64,000 nucleotides of DNA from Isurus oxyrinchus (Eukaryota): the NCBI GenBank assembly GCA_026770705.1, contig JANJGN010000008.1, forward strand, positions 9,672,001 through 9,736,000. Direction: 5' to 3'. This document shows, piece after piece, positions 63,369 to 64,000 of this stretch. A program made the translations under genes and the position numbers. A model generated the notes under the pieces. The model ran no database searches, had not been told where the DNA came from, and saw only the letters and a list, made by a program, of their open reading frames with translations. Within the stretch, counting starts at the first letter, position 1. Each line of letters opens with the position of its first letter.

Positions 63369-64000
63369 CTCGTTGTTCACAGAGTTGCTGTACTTTTCAA
63401 AATTAATCACTCTCGTGTCTTCTTTCCTGATAGACTCATTCCGGGCAGAATTCTTGTCTGTAGATGATCTGCGTGTGATGGGGGTTATGAAGTCTCTCTT
63501 TGTTGACTGCAATGTTGAACATGACTCATAGCGGAAACTCTGAGAAAGTGGATCACCTCCGAATACCTCTACATAGTTCGGGGGTATCTGAAGGTTTCTA
63601 CTGGCCTTTTGAATTCCATTCAAAGAATTTCTCCTTTCAAAGCAGCAACAAACACCCAGGGAACAGTACTGACCACCCAAAGCATTTCTGCTTTTATGAA
63701 CCTTCACAGCGAGAATAATTAAAATCACTAGAAAAATGATAGAAATTACTCCTAATGCTATGACCAAGGAAAGGCTCAGATCGGGAGTGAACTCTGCATC
63801 TTCTGACGATCCACTGACGCTGGAAAATGTTTCAGTGTCGCCACCTACCACAGATAGGATGATGGTCACTGTGGCAGAAAGTAATGGTGTTCCATTATCT
63901 TTTACCACAATCACCAACCTTTGCTTAGAGGCATCGTTATGGGCAATATGACGGATAGTCCAAATTTCCCCAGAGTCTGGTGAAATAGTAAAAAGGTTAT
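63369..64000 (-). CDS. Clustered protocadherin variable exon V11, 3' part only (EC6-TM-cytoplasmic)
   Basis: Near-identical to the 3' ends of V7-V10; donor GAG|GTGAG at 63369/63368; 5' part lies outside the window. Confidence 0.93.

Noticed and set aside
4863-63951. Recurrent + strand and alternative-frame ORFs inside the Pcdh exons
   Set aside because: Shadow ORFs that recur only because the exons are paralogous; mostly non-ATG starts and variable ends

Overview
Eukaryotic (vertebrate) DNA, most likely from a shark or other cartilaginous fish. This is inferred from the repeat families and protocadherin type, not from a search. The window holds part of a clustered protocadherin (Pcdh) locus: eleven tandem variable exons on the minus strand (V1-V11 numbered by window position; V11 is truncated by the window end). 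Each full exon is ~2.45 kb and encodes signal peptide, six cadherin repeats, TM and a short cytoplasmic segment. Each ends at a phase-0 GAG|GTGAG donor, and each full exon has its own ~200-bp conserved promoter-like block. No constant exon is visible; it should lie beyond position 1. V7-V11 form a homogenised subgroup duplicated together with their spacers. Spacers carry CR1/L2-group LINE fragments, DeuSINE-like fragments and Penelope-like (GIY-YIG) elements. The Penelope termini contain minimal hammerhead-ribozyme-like motifs, and two derivatives are short hairpin elements with a motif on each strand. Main hidden signals: (1) an out-of-frame ATG at exactly -16 from the start codon in all 10 complete exons, forming an overlapping uORF; (2) opposed CCAAT boxes spaced ~30 or 20 bp in every promoter; (3) the hammerhead-bearing hairpin retroelements inside the Pcdh pre-mRNA; (4) signatures of gene conversion among V7-V11.
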